From Hormiphora californensis (taxonomy: Eukaryota; Animalia; Ctenophora): 64,000 nt of DNA. The stretch lies in assembly GCA_020137815.1 (NCBI GenBank), contig CM035351.1, forward strand, positions 9,914,896-9,978,895. The letters run 5' to 3'. Below, piece after piece: positions 35,720 through 48,884 of the stretch; position 1 is the first letter of the stretch, and each line of letters opens with the position of its first letter. Both the position numbers and the translations under genes were made by a program. Under the pieces are notes generated by a model. It did not search any database. It was not told the DNA's origin and worked only from the letters and a program-made list of their open reading frames with translations.

Positions 35720-38700
35720 GTCAATGTTAATTCGTTTGTTCCTATTCCTTAGGGGGCCGGTGGGGAGGGGGATGATTAAAACTAAAAATTGTAGTTACGC
35801 ATTAATCGCGAGGTTATCGTTACGGGCAATGGCTTTATTTTTATTTGTCCAAAAAAACAAAGGGGGGAGATCAGGGTCTTTTTTACTATTTTTTAAAGCT
35901 GGTCCATAAAAACTATAATCTAATTGCCCAAAATGACGGGGAAAATTCTGGGACAAACCCCTATCCGGGGGGGGGGACTATCGTCGGTGTGGACGGACCG
36001 TGATGCCGTTTTTCAATTTTGTGGGGAACGGGAAAAAACGTGATTCCGTTCGTGTTGGGGACACTGCTTGCGGGAAACTTTTTGAGGCTTTGAGGCGGTC
36101 CACAATTCACCATATTAAATAATTTACAGTTTAAAAAGGAAGAAGGGGGAAGTTAGGGGGGGACAGACAGGGACGAAGGGCGGGGAAAAGCCGGCTTTTT
36201 TTATTTTGTTTACTAAAATCCCAATCCCCACATCAAAAACGAAAAAAAAGAAAAAAAAAAACCACCAGTTTGAATGCACACTTTCACGTTTTTTTATTAA
36301 AAGGAAAATGAGGGGGGGGGACCCCACCCCAATTGTCTCAGGAAAATTATCACAGGGGGGGAAAAAAAAAAACAGAGGGAAGGGAAAACTTAGCGTTTCA
36401 GGAGGTAATTTCCAACCAGTCGGGTTAAATCCAAACCAAAACAATGTGCAGGGGTCAAACTTTGACTCCGTTTTGGAGGTTTAGAACCCGCCAGGGCTTT
36501 TTTTTTACAAAAAAAAAAACTCCGGGCTTTCGGCATTTTAATACAAAAATTAGGATTAAAAAAAACCTTGAGGAAAAAAAATTTTCACTTTTCATGTCTG
36601 CTTGGTTTTCGTTTTCCCACTGATGGATGCAGGGAGGGTCAAAACAGGAATCTGTTTTCTTGTCTTTCGTTTACTTGGGGAAAAAATAAGCGGTTCCCCA
36701 AAATTGGTCGATTTTCAAGCTTGCCACCCAAAAAAAATAACGGGGGGGGAAAAAAAAAAAACAGTCGTGGCCTGGAAAAAAAAAAAAAAAAACCTCCTTT
36801 CATTTTTCCGGCACCCCGATCAAAAAAATTTGGACCCTTCAAAAAAGTTTATCGAAAAAAAAAAGATTCTGTTTTAAATTAATATTTAGGGAGATCTACA
36901 AAAACATTGAGGCTCATTGTTTGAAAATAGATTACCAAAAAAGCAAAGGAGTGGGACCAGTAACCTAAAAAAAAAAAAATTAGGGGGGTGGCCCCCAAAC
37001 CGAACTTTTTGTTCGTCCTTTGGCATGGGGGGCACATATATTGCACACTTCTGTACCTGAATTGTTTAACACTTTTTCCAAAGTTTACGGGGAAAAAAAA
37101 AAATGTTTTAAAAAAAACTTTTCGTACAGGGGGCTGAAAGGCGCTGGGGAAAGCGCTTCTGAAATTGTGGGAAAAAAAAACAGTTTATTAGGGGTTTGAT
37201 TTAGCCAAAAACACATTTTTTCTTTTTTGCCACTTTTTCTAAAATCTTTTCTTTCTTTGACAATTAAAAAAAAAAAAAAAACGGGGGTTTCCTCTCTATT
37301 TTCCCCGATTCCCCCAAAAAAAAAAACCTTAGAAAAAAAAAAAACATTGTAAGCTGAGGGGGGGGGTGGGTCCATTAGGCTCTCTCTCCTTTTCTTATCG
37401 CGCCCTTCCTATCTTCGGGGCCTTCTATCTCTCTCTAATCTCCCTCTCTCTTCTCTTCGCTCTCTCTCTCTTTCTTTTCTATCTCTTTTTCAATTCCTCT
37501 CCTATTCTCTTTTCTATTATTTACATCTCCTCTATTCTCTATTTTTCCCTCTTTCTAATCTCTTAATTGGATGTTGGATTAAGGGGGTTTTCTTGCTTTC
37601 TCCCTGTTTTCCAAAAATTTTTTCTTTCTCCATTGGAGCTTTAGGCCTCTGTTATTAAGTTACTGATCGTGCCTTTGATTTCTATGGCTGAAAAGCTGTT
37701 CAGTCCACGTGAAAAAGGAAACATGCGGGCTGTTCTCTAGGCACGCCAGGGCTGTGAAAAAAACGCTTAAAAAGGCGGAGGGTTTTTTTCTCTAAAAAAA
37801 AAAAAAAAACAAACGCCCCTGTTTATGGCAGAAAAAAACAAACAAGGCTAACTCTAAGCTCCCCCGGTCTGGAATGAGCTTTGTAGCTGGAGGTTTCCCC
37901 CTTCCCCATTCTTATTTAAAAACACGAAAGTATAGCGCTCAAATAAAAAAATTAATTTTCTCAAAATTAATTAAAATAAATTTCTTTGGTGTAACTGCTT
38001 CAATCTATTAGTGGGGAAACCGGCGATTAAGGGTTTCCTTGATAAATCGGGTTTTACCGGAAAAAAAACACAAATTACACAGGGGAGGAAAAAAAATTTC
38101 CCCTTTTTGGACAAAAGGAAAAATTTAAAAAACGGTATTGTCACCCGATATATTGACCGGGGCCAAGGAACCTCGATTTAACCGGGGCGAAAAAACAAAC
38201 CTTTACCCGAGGTTATCCCCGGGTAAAAAAATCGGGGTTCGGGTTTCGGAACTGTTATTGCAAAAGAGTCTTCATTTCTCGCAAAAAAAAAAAAAAAAAT
38301 ATTTTTTAGCCCCAAATAAATTAATTAATTTATTGGAAAAAAAACAGAGTATAAGGGAATATTGTTATTAAATATTGCCACTGAAAAAAAAAAACAAAAA
38401 CTTGCTGTTTTAATAGGAACATCAAACCCACTTAACTTTCATTCAAAACACCACAAATTTTTACACCAACCACACAATCCCACCAAAGGCCTGTTACAAA
38501 CAGGTTATTGAATCCCAACCGGCTTTGTTATTCATTTAAAGCCCGCTGGGGGGCAAAGCGCAGGGCGGCCCACTTCTTCCCTGTCCCCCCAACACCCCAT
38601 ACAATTTTCCCCCAAAAAAATTAATCCCTCTAAACAAGCATATTTTTTCCTTCCAGTAAAAAAAAAAAGGAAAAAAAATAGAAAATGCGCGGAAAAAAAA

Positions 38701-39785
38701 AAAAAAATTTTTTTGGAAAAAAAATTTTTGAAAAAAAATTTTGGAAAACAAAAAAAAATTCTGAACAAAAAAGCCGCTTTACTTTATATTATTGTCTGGA
38801 AAATCGGTGATTTCCAAAACTAAGTTTTTAAGGGGGGGGGCAACAACTTCTTTTTTTCATGTTTTCCTTTAACGAAAAAACTTTGGGCACCGGCTTGTAG
38901 TTCGGGTTGGGCCTTGGGGACACCTTTAAGAAAGGCCACACGTTTCAAAAAAAAATTCATACAAATCCGGAGTTTTTTTACGGTTGTTTTTTTACCCGTT
39001 TAAACAGAAAGGGTTCGTAAATTGTTAGGACAAAAAAAATTTTGGCCCGTTTTTTAGCGTTGGGACTAAAACGACCTTTGATTTGTACGAACCTTTTTTG
39101 GGCGGTTTTTACCAAACAATAGAGGGCCACAGTTTTAAGCTATCCACCCATGAAAATTGGGGAAAGGGGGTCGGTATTCGGGTAGGGGTCTAAGGTGGGT
39201 TTTTACCTTGTTATTTAAAAGCTTGGGACAGAAGGAAAAGAGGGGGAAAAAAAAAACGAAAACAGGTCATAAAAACAAAAAAAAAGTAGGGACTGTTTCT
39301 TTAAGTTTCTTGGCGGTTTTTTAAGGGGGGGGACCCGGTTGTTTTGCCCGGGGTCGTGTCTTTACCAAAACAATTACCGCGGGGCTTCGTAACGCGGTTG
39401 TTTGGCCTTTGAACATGTCTTGAAAAACACAAACGTTCCCAAAAAAAATTTCAAGGGCTCAAGCCAAAAAAATTCCGGGAGTTTTTACGGGTTCGGTTGC
39501 CAGTTTTCATATGGGGGGGGCAGTCTTGGGGACTTACATTAAGAATTGTAAAAGGACGATTTTCAAAAAAAAAAAACTTAGGAAAAAAAAGGGAGCAAAA
39601 TTTAAAACACTATTTTAAATTTCATTTTGATTTTTATTCATACATGTTTTTTTTCCCAAAACGTGGGTTAAAAAAAAAAAAAAAAACTGATGTTTGTATT
39701 TTCAAATTTTAATGGTAGGTCAATATCTATATATGGGGGGGGGGGGGAACCTGTCTTTAAATTTAAAGGGGGGGGGGGGGACGGG

Positions 39786-39816
<31 letters not shown>

Positions 39817-42800
39817 CCCTTACAACAAAAAAAGGGAAAAGGCCGATTCATAGGTTTAAAAAAATTAACCATTGAAAATCCAGATTTAATTTTTAAATTT
39901 AAAAAGGTAGCTTTTTACTTGCCGCATTTTTCCAGTTTGTAATGGTTAGGGTTTCATGAATCTTATGTTTAGTTGTTCTATGAAGTCTTAAAATAATTTA
40001 AAGGGGGGGACGGATTTGAAAACCACCGGAGGGGAAAAGAGCGACGAAAATAGCATCTAAGAAAAAAAAAACCGGATTTTTATTTTTTCAGGGGAATAAT
40101 ATCTGATTAATTTAAAACGCTTATTTCCGTGATCCATATCCGTGGGGGGGGGGGGGGGACTAATAATCAAAATTCCATTAGGGATTTAAAATCGCGGGGG
40201 AAGAAAACCAAACGCGGGGAAAAGGAAAAAAACAAATTCGCGGGAAGGAAAAAAACCATTGTAGGATAAAAAAAAAAAACTAAAACCAAACCCCGCAACA
40301 CGATTTGGTTTACTATTATATACTTTCTTTCGCGACTTAAGTTTATCGATTTTAAAAACTGTGTCGCGAATAAGGTAAAAAACTAAGTAAAAAACCAAAT
40401 TCGCGGGCTTAAGGGGCTAATTTTTCGCGGATAAAAAAAAAAAAAAACCTAAATCCGGAATTTTAGTGATTACTAAATTCGCCGATAAAACAACTAATCG
40501 CGAGAAAAAAACTTATGGGGACGGATTTGAAATAAAAAAAAAAAATGATTAAGTTAATCCCGGCGATTGGTTGTTGCGATACTCAATATTATTTATTTTC
40601 GCGGCATTTTGGAATATACGAGATGGGGAATTCTTGTGGCGATTTATATGGGGGGACCCGCGTTTTAAAATTAGCTAGTAATTACCCAAAAAATGTTACA
40701 ATTGCAGGGGGGGCATTTTTATTAATTTAGTATGTATAAACCAAAAAATTGGGGGGCCTGATTACTAAGATTCCCAAAAAAAAACCCAAAAAAAAAACAA
40801 GGGTTGGGTGGGATAAAAAAGGGTCGGGCCGCAGGAAAAATAAAAAAAAAAACGTGCGGAAACGTTTAATTTTACATGGAAGTTTCGGGGGGCCTGGGGG
40901 GAGTTTTTTTGCGGTTAAATTCGCCGTTCCTTTTTTTGATAGTTAAAAGGGCCGTCTTGCAAAAAAAAACCCACCAACTATTAAAGATATTTATAAAAAA
41001 CACGTATTAAAAATTATATTTAATTATCCAGGAAAATTTTTATAATTATTCGTAAAAAAACCCCCAGGGGGGACTATGAAAAAAAAAACGACCCAATTGG
41101 CAAACCAGTAAGTCTATTTGTTGGGATGGGAGTGGGGACACCATGTGGTGGATGTGGGAAAAACAATGTTCCCACATCCAAATTTTTATTTATTCCAACA
41201 TTATCACATGGTCACTGACATGTGATGTATAATGTGGATAAAAATTAATGGTTTGACATTGCAACTAGGGGGTTTTTCCTTGGGCGATTAGTTTGGGGGG
41301 AAAAAAAAGTGGGGTAATTGGGTTATTTAAATTGGTTATATAAAATTTATGATACGGCGAATTTACAAAAAAAACCAGCCACCCCAGGTACCGAAAAAAA
41401 AGTTTTTGTATTCAAAAAAACTTTTTCAGCCCCCCCCGTTTTTTTTTTTAAAATTTTGCCGGCCACGGCGATTTCACAACACAACTTTGTTTTGGTTTTG
41501 GGAATTTTTCTTAGTTAACTGTGTCTAAAAAGGGAGTGGAAAAATATAATCGGGTTTTCTGGGGAATTGGACGTCCTGCGGAAAAAAAAACCCACGTGCA
41601 AAAATACCGTTTGCTGTGTAAAAACCGTGACCGTTTCTCGTTAAAACCGTACCCGTGTACAACCTTTTTTTTACTGTGTTAACCGAACCGTAACTGGTTA
41701 AAAAACCGGTATGTACCCTCCGTTAATTAATTTTCAGGAAACTATCCCGGGATAAATAGCAGGGAAACTGGTATCCTCGGATCCCGTGGTTGGGGGCCCC
41801 AGGGATCGGGGGGGAACCCCTGAATGGAAGGGGAACTGGGAGGAAAACCACAAAAAAAATAAAAAAAAAACTGTTAAAAATAAGATTAAAAAAACTACCC
41901 AATTGGTAGAGGTTTTAGTTAGGTCTTCTTGATAGTGCCGTGGTTAATGCCGCTCCCCCCACATCCTTCCTCTTCACTTCCTTTATAACCTTCCTCGTAA
42001 GGGCTCGGTCTGCAGTCATAACATTTTCTTTGGGATGTTCCAAAAAACAAGTCCTGGTGTTTGTGTCTTGAAAACAAAAAACTAAGCGGCCAATCTCTAA
42101 AAACCCAATTATTATCTTGAACCGTGGAGGAAACGGAATGATGGATTAGTTGTTGGGGAACTGCTCCGGCCGGGGCTTGGGGCAATCTTAGAATTGTAAG
42201 ATCTGATTCTAAAGGTGACAAAAAGGAATTCCTTGATGGCGAAGGGGGGGGCATGTGTCTTCTTGGGGGGACGTGGGATTTGGGAGTTGGCTCCAATCTT
42301 CAATTACTACTACCTTACTGGGGTTTGTGATCCTTGCTGGTTGGAGATCCCCCCTGTCTTCATTAGGGTTAAAACATTGATTTTTTCTCTGTCCGTTTGA
42401 TCTCTAGGAGAGTTTTCTTTTTTGCCACCCTTAAAAAAACAAACAAAAAACCATTTTGGGGGCCCACATTGCCCACACATAACATGGCAATGTGACCCCA
42501 ACTCTTCTATATATAATGGGTTCAAATATCTTCCCCAAACCCCAACTCTTCCAACCCCAACCCTTTCTTTTTCTCTTTTCCAACTGTTTTTTTTAAAAAA
42601 ATTTGACTCGCTTCTAAAAAAAAACCATTTAAAAACAAAATCAAACCAAAAACTTTGCAGCACGGAAAGGAGGGCCGGTTCCACTAATTTATCGTGCAAG
42701 GGGATCCGGAAAAGCTCATTTGATAAACACAAAATTATTTGTTGACCCCGCAAAAAAATGTACAAGTTGGCGTGGAAGGGTTTGCTTGTCAAAGCGGGGC

Positions 42801-45050
42801 CAAATTTCCAGGGGGACGGGGCCATAAGATCCACCCCCTGATAAGCTTTAGAAGACTCGAAAAAAATTGGTTTTGGTTAAAGGGAAGGACAGTTCGGTCT
42901 TTTCTTACACCAAAAAACAAATTTTCAAAACAAGGTTTCTACTCTCCCAGGGAAGGTGTCGAAAGGTTGGTTGTTTTGTTAAAAACAAGGGGCTAGGGAC
43001 GGGGGGAAACTGGGGGGTTGGGGGAGAATGGCAGTTAACCTTCATATTAACAGTAAACGGCAAAAAATAAAACATTTATTTAATAGGAGGGGGGGGGGAC
43101 TAGAAAACAGGCCCAATTGGTTAGTCTTAACAAACAACCCCCCCAACCCCCGTCTCTTATAGTCTACGCCCCCCCCACACTCTTTCGTCTCTCCATTTGT
43201 TCGGGTTTTAAAAGGGGGGAACTAAAAAATAATACGGAAGGTTTTTGGGGTAGTGGAGAAGCGGGCTGGTTATTCACAAGAAAATCCCCGCTGAAAAACC
43301 AACGTAAGGGTAAAAAAATCAGGTGATAAAAAAAATATACGTAAAGGAGTTGTAGCTTGTTGTAGAGGGTAATTTCAAAAAAACGGGGGGTACCGTAGGT
43401 TTTTTAGAAAAAAAGGCCTTTTGGGCAAAAATTTCATGGGCGGGGGGACCTCAAGCAGTTAATTAGATTCCCAATTAAACACAACAGGAACAACAACACG
43501 GGTGGAAACCCACGCAAACAAAAACCAAAACGGAAAAAACCAAAAAAAAAAACATGCACCGTGCCAGTATTCCCCAAAAACAAAAACCTCCCAATACCCC
43601 TTTTCCCCCAGGCCAACCTCTTGGGCCAACCCCTCTATTTTTGGCACGGGAATACTAATCCTCATCCTCTCCCCCACGCCACGGGCTTTGCAATTATTGT
43701 TTTAATTAAGGAAACTAGAAAGGCCGTTGAAAAAAGGTAGAGGCACCCGTTGGGGACCCAAAAACACCAAAAAACTCTCCTTCCACCAGGGGAGGCAACC
43801 CTCTCACCCACGGGTGCAAACCCAAAAACCCGCCACGTTTGGGGGGCAAAAAAAACCTCCAATTAAACCCCTTCCCCAGGGGAAGCCACTCTTGGGCAAA
43901 AACCCCCCTCTATTTTGGCAGTTTGCAAAGTGTGGGGGATAGGGGGGGGGACATCATTCACCGGCCACGCATTTGTACTTTATTATATTTAGAAACTGGG
44001 AAAAGGGGCCCATGTTTAAAAGTTCCTAAAAAAAAAAAAAAAAACAGCCCCCCCCTGCCCCCCCCCCCCCCGGTCTCTTATGTCTTCTCTCCCCTCTCCA
44101 CCTCTTCGTTCTCTCCTGGTCGGGGGTTAAAAGGAATAGTACGGGAGGGGTGGTTTTAAGTTGGTAGGAGGCCCGCTATTAAAAACAATTTTTCAAAAGG
44201 TTAATCCGCTTTGAATTTAAAAAACAGTAAAGAATTCATTGGGGGCCCCGATTTTAAAAGATCCGTTTTAGGGAATTTGTAGCGGTGTTTAGGGGGGAGG
44301 GAATCAAAAACGGGGGTACGTAGGGTAGAAAAAGGGCTTTGGCAATCATTTTGGGGGCAGGCCCCCAGGCAGAGGATTCCCAAAAAAAAATGTTGGAAAC
44401 AACCACAGGAAACAACCACAGGGAAAAAAAAAACAAACGCAAAAACAAAACAACCAAAAAAAAAAAAAAATTGGGCACGTTGCAGTAGTTATTCTCCCTT
44501 CCCTTAAACCCCTCCCAAAGAGTAATTCTTGTAATAGGGGAATTTTCTAAGGGAATGAAAACAGTTTTTGGGGGGGGCTATAGCAGGTTGGAATCACGTT
44601 ATAATTAATTGTAACACAAATTTAAGCAGGAGAGTAAAAAAAACCCCCTTTAAAACTTCTCACTTTAAAAAAAAAGCAAACATATTGCTTAACAACATCC
44701 CCCTATTTTTTTTAAGCGATATGTGAGTGTTGAAATGATTTTTACGTTCTTCATCCTTCTTCACAGCTTGCATTGGTGTGAACCAGTGTTCTTACTTGCA
44801 GGTTTGTTCAAAAATAAATAAGAAGTATTTGAATTGCTTTATAGGCTATTAGTTCATAAACGTTGTTCGTTTTTTAGCAACACCAGGGGGCTCGTTCCAA
44901 TAAAAAACACTAATAAAAACTGTGCGTTTTATTAACCCTTCAGGGGGACTGGGGGAGCTGTAGAGCCGGGGTGTTTTTGAAGGATTTACCCTGGAACCTG
45001 GAGGGAACAAAAACACCTTCCAGAAAAAGACTACACAGGGGATTTAGTGG
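35720..45050. other. Low-accuracy, homopolymer-inflated sequence
   Basis: Elements known elsewhere in the window reappear with stretched runs (MITE at ~38010-38240; Helitron unit at 43100-44520). Confidence 0.85.
43099..44520 (-). mobile_element. Error-laden tandem copies of the 20011-21340 Helitron unit
   Basis: ctagaaa..ggccc, ggggtacgtaggtagaaaaggctttggcaatcat and cacgccacg motifs in the same order. Confidence 0.75.
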
Positions 45051-45388
45051 AGTGTGAGGGTGATCAGGTGTGAACAGTACGACAAGGGACAAAGCTATTA
45101 TCAGTGGTGTGGGTGTGAGGTTCTCCTCCACAATGCAGTATTTGATAGGCTGGTGCACCAGCAGCTACACAGACCTGCCAGTGCAACCCCCGGTAAAGGT
45201 GGATATGATCTGGACGATCACCAAAACAGAGACCGCCATCATCATCACATGCAACAATGTGGAGGTGGTGAACTACCTGTTCGCAGATAGTTCACGTAGC
45301 ACCTGTGTTACAAATTGGGGTGGTGATGTTGTGGAGGAGATACAGTTTAGCAGTACTTATGACACAGTATCTGACTTCTACAGAGCAG
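44944..45388 (+). CDS. Exon for a ctenophore-type extracellular beta-rich domain (5' part corrupted)
   Basis: PWNLEGT...GVGVRFSSTMQYLIGWCTSSYTDLPVQPPVKVDMIWTITKTETAIIITCNNVEVVNYLFADSSRSTCVTNWGGDVVEEIQFS..SDFYRA then GTAAAT donor. Confidence 0.7.
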
Positions 45389-45549
45389 GTAAATGTAATA
45401 CCACGTATAATAGTACTGTACAGAATGGGGGCTTAGTGTAACATCATGCAAGCTGATTCAACTATACAATGAACTACTGCTTGTACCCATCCATAGTATA
45501 TCATCTGCAAATATCAATGAAATTTCACCAGTTAATATTTCCCTTCATA

Positions 45550-45733
45550 ACCAGTCGAGTGTCCTCTTTTAAGTTGAGGAGCTCAACAAAAGGGAACGGA
45601 ATGCCTCACACACAGGAAACAACTGCCCACCATGAATGTGCTGCAAGCAACCATAACCAGTGGGAATGGCAACACTAACATGTCAGCAGGATCTATCTAT
45701 GGGTCAAGTGATGTACCGCATGTGATAAAATTG
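45550..45733 (+). CDS. Second Sushi exon, paralog of 31421-31603, indel-corrupted
   Basis: aaccagtc..tgtcct..acactaacatgtcag..ggtcaagtgatgtacc..tgtgataaaattg|gtaag; upstream intron also similar. Confidence 0.7.
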
Positions 45734-46555
45734 GTAAGTTCGTTTTAGTTATTATGCCATTTAATTTTTGAACTATTTATATTGCACATAAACACTTCAA
45801 CGCACAAGGGCAGACCACAAGGCAATGCCCTAGTAAACACGCACACGTGTTTGTTGCATAACGACGCCGTTCCTCAAGTTTTAACGGAGTAGAACGGCCG
45901 TCGTTTATGCAAACAAACAGCGTGTCGGTTACTAGGGTGGAAGAAACAGTCGTGCCTGAAACGTTCACAGCTAATTACCTCAGGGGCCAGGGCTAAATTT
46001 TTGACCATTTCCAGAAAAAGTTACCTGATGAATCTCAGGAATAGCGTCATATGATATCCATGTAGTATACAATATCTACGTCCAATTACAGCTTGTTATG
46101 TTCGTAACCTCCATTATATTTGTAAAGGAGGGGCGCCGAACACAATCTAGCAGGAAACCAATCTACTCATTTCGACGTTAATTTTAGGTCACGTTATATT
46201 TTAAGTCACGTGTTATTTCAGCAACTCTGCGAGGGTTTAAACGCTTTTTATCAACATTCCCGCTGTCAGTTTGTCCTTGGTCTGACGATGCAAACAGTAA
46301 CTCATCAAAGACGGAACGGCGGAGATTGGAAATGTCACGACAGTTTCCTGTGCAGCTTTCTTGTGAGCTACAGGGCGAGAGTGTTCTACTTGTAATGCTG
46401 TCTATAGTACTAGCAGAGTGGAGCAAAGTGATTGCGCCCTATTTGCACCAACCCCCCCCTCCCCAAGGTTAAATTTATAAGATTGCCTTATCCCCCATGG
46501 TGTTCACGTCAAAACGGTTATAGCCAAATTGATCATCACTTTTTATACTACCCAG

Positions 46556-46753
46556 GTTGCCCTGAGTTTTCCTTCCCCAACTCTGGTTCCTGGGGCCCAA
46601 TCCAAAATGATGGAGATACCCTGACTGTTACCTGTTCCCGGGATGGGGATATTCTAAATCTGGTAGGGGATGATGTCGTTACCTGCAGTTTCTCAGCGGA
46701 TACCAAAAAGTACACCACTTCAGATTTGCCTGCTTGTGAATTCAACAATCAAT
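46556..46753 (+). CDS. Sushi-like exon (phase 1-1)
   Basis: cAG|..|GTAAG, 198 nt: CPEFSFPNSGSWGPIQNDGDTLTVTCSRDGDILNLVGDDVVTC..SDLPACE. Confidence 0.8.
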
Positions 46754-47083
46754 GTAAGTATTGAACATTGTGACAAATATCACACAATGACTGATAAAAC
46801 GACTTATCTGAAACGACCAGGACATCAGACTCCCAACCCATTGACCACACTATATCCCCTCACACAGCTCACCCACGTCATATCTCTGAATCATAGTCCA
46901 TAGAGCATATGTATTATACCACGTGATAGCAACCCCAGCTACTGCAGTCATCATCCCCCATCGAGTTTAACGAAGGATATAATTGAACTTTGTTTTTTTC
47001 AAACCCGTATGAAGATATAGGGTATGGAGCAAGGCAACCCGATATAAACACGGTAGCTACAATTTGATAACATATTTTTAAAT

Positions 47084-47222
47084 GTGAGGAAGTTTTGTTT
47101 TCTCCTTCCGGCTGGACAAAATGATCAGTAGACGGGGTTTTTATTTTTTCATTGCGTTCTTCAACAATAAAACCCCGTCTACTCATTTTGTCCAGCCGGA
47201 AGGAGAAAACAAAACTTTCTCA
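47084..47222. repeat. ~60-bp-arm hairpin element
   Basis: aagttttgttttctccttccggctggacaaaatga / tcattttgtccagccggaaggagaaaacaaaactt. Confidence 0.85.
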
Positions 47223-47486
47223 CTGATATGCGGCTAATAAACAATCAACCGATCCTTATTCTCTGTCATATTTTTAAATTCTGCTGCTGCCTGTCAGGTA
47301 GGAACCGGCGTTACTTCATTTTATTTTTCTTGATTCGATCTCGATCTTTTTTTAAACGACCAAAATTTTTCGGTTCGATCTTAATTCGATCTTTGGGTGA
47401 CCAAAAAATATCGATTTGATTCGATCCCATCTTTGGGCTTTCAAAAAAACTTTCGATTCGGTTCGAACTTTGGGCCAACGAAAATA

Positions 47487-47664
47487 CAGTCGGACCCCGT
47501 ATTAACGGCACCCTCGGGGGAAAGGATTTTGTCCGTTAAATCGGGGGTTGGTGTCCGCTAAATCGTGGGTGAAATAATGTTAATTTCCCATATCGGGGAA
47601 AGATTATGCTGCCGTTAAATCGAGGTGCCGCTAAATCGGGGACCGTTAAATCGGGGTCCGAATG
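47487..47664. mobile_element. CAGTCGGACCCC MITE nested in a (gattcgatc)-rich element (47332-47750)
   Basis: TA flanks and TIRs. Confidence 0.75.
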
Positions 47665-48884
47665 TAATTCGATTCGATCTTCAAGCGATCAAAAAGTTTT
47701 CGATTCGATCTTTGGGCGATCAAAAAATATCGATTCTATCTGGTATGGATCTTTGAGCTCAAAATACTACTAGACGGTGAATGGCGAAGGCATCAATATA
47801 ATACAATATGCACATATGTGTATAAACCTCAAAGTGATCGGCAAAGAATAACAATTAGCAGCCCAATGAGTAATTGTCGTTGAGTAAATCGAGTTGTAAC
47901 AGTTTTGACTTTTGCTTGCAGTTACACATAATGCTTGTACATAGTTACACACTATATGAAACCCGATAGCTGATTTATCAGTCGTTTGAACATTTTCGCG
48001 CGCATCGATAACTGCGAGCTGGGGATTTTACCACCTGCTCGCTATTTATCAGACCAGTACCCTTTTCACGCGTTTCTTTCATTTCATAAAATGGTGTGGA
48101 ATTTCCAAGTAATGAAAATGCGTGTAAACACACAGTTCTGTCAATAACAGAGAGGGGAACACATCTGCAACACTTTTCAATGTTCTCTCTCTCAGTCTCT
48201 CATCAAGAGGCAAAATAATCACATTCCATTCGTTTTCTCTCTCTCATTCTCTCTTTTACGTTCAATATCTCTCATGTGTGTATTGGCCCCATCTTGCTCT
48301 CTCTTACTCAAATATGTAAGGAACAGTTGCAAACTAGGTGCCAGTTAGTCTACACACACAGTTGTGGGAACGTCTTTTGACTATTGCCAGCAGTCATTGT
48401 GGTTTCACTTGTGTTGTGTCTCTATGCGTGTAATAACATCGGTTTCATAAATATGAAGGTTTGTTAGCCTATCGCGTTATAGGTTTAAATCCACCTCCCT
48501 CACCCTCGGACTAGATGCCCTCGGGATCGGCGTCGGGATTTTTAAACCAGTTAATCGCCCTGCCGGCGATTTCAACTCTGATTGGCTGTCCCCAGCTTGC
48601 GCTGTGAACAGCCAACTTGATAACGCGCCAGTCTACAAACGTTCATAGTTCATTTAGCGTATAATGTAGATTCGTTCTGGGCAGGTTTTAGAACACATGG
48701 ATAATTGGAATTGTCTTCTGAACGAAATTCGGATAGGGGGAAGGGGGTCTGAGAAATTCGGACAGGCTTGGACAAAGGGGAGGGAGGGGGGGGGGGTAAA
48801 AAAGGACTAAAATCATGGACCTCCTTTTTGAATCGCCCCTAACATTACTACAACTCATTATAGGTGTATTACATTGCACTGGCA

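Noticed and set aside
35724-44478. Lys/Phe/Gly/Pro-rich ORFs
   Set aside because: Products of homopolymer-inflated low-quality sequence.
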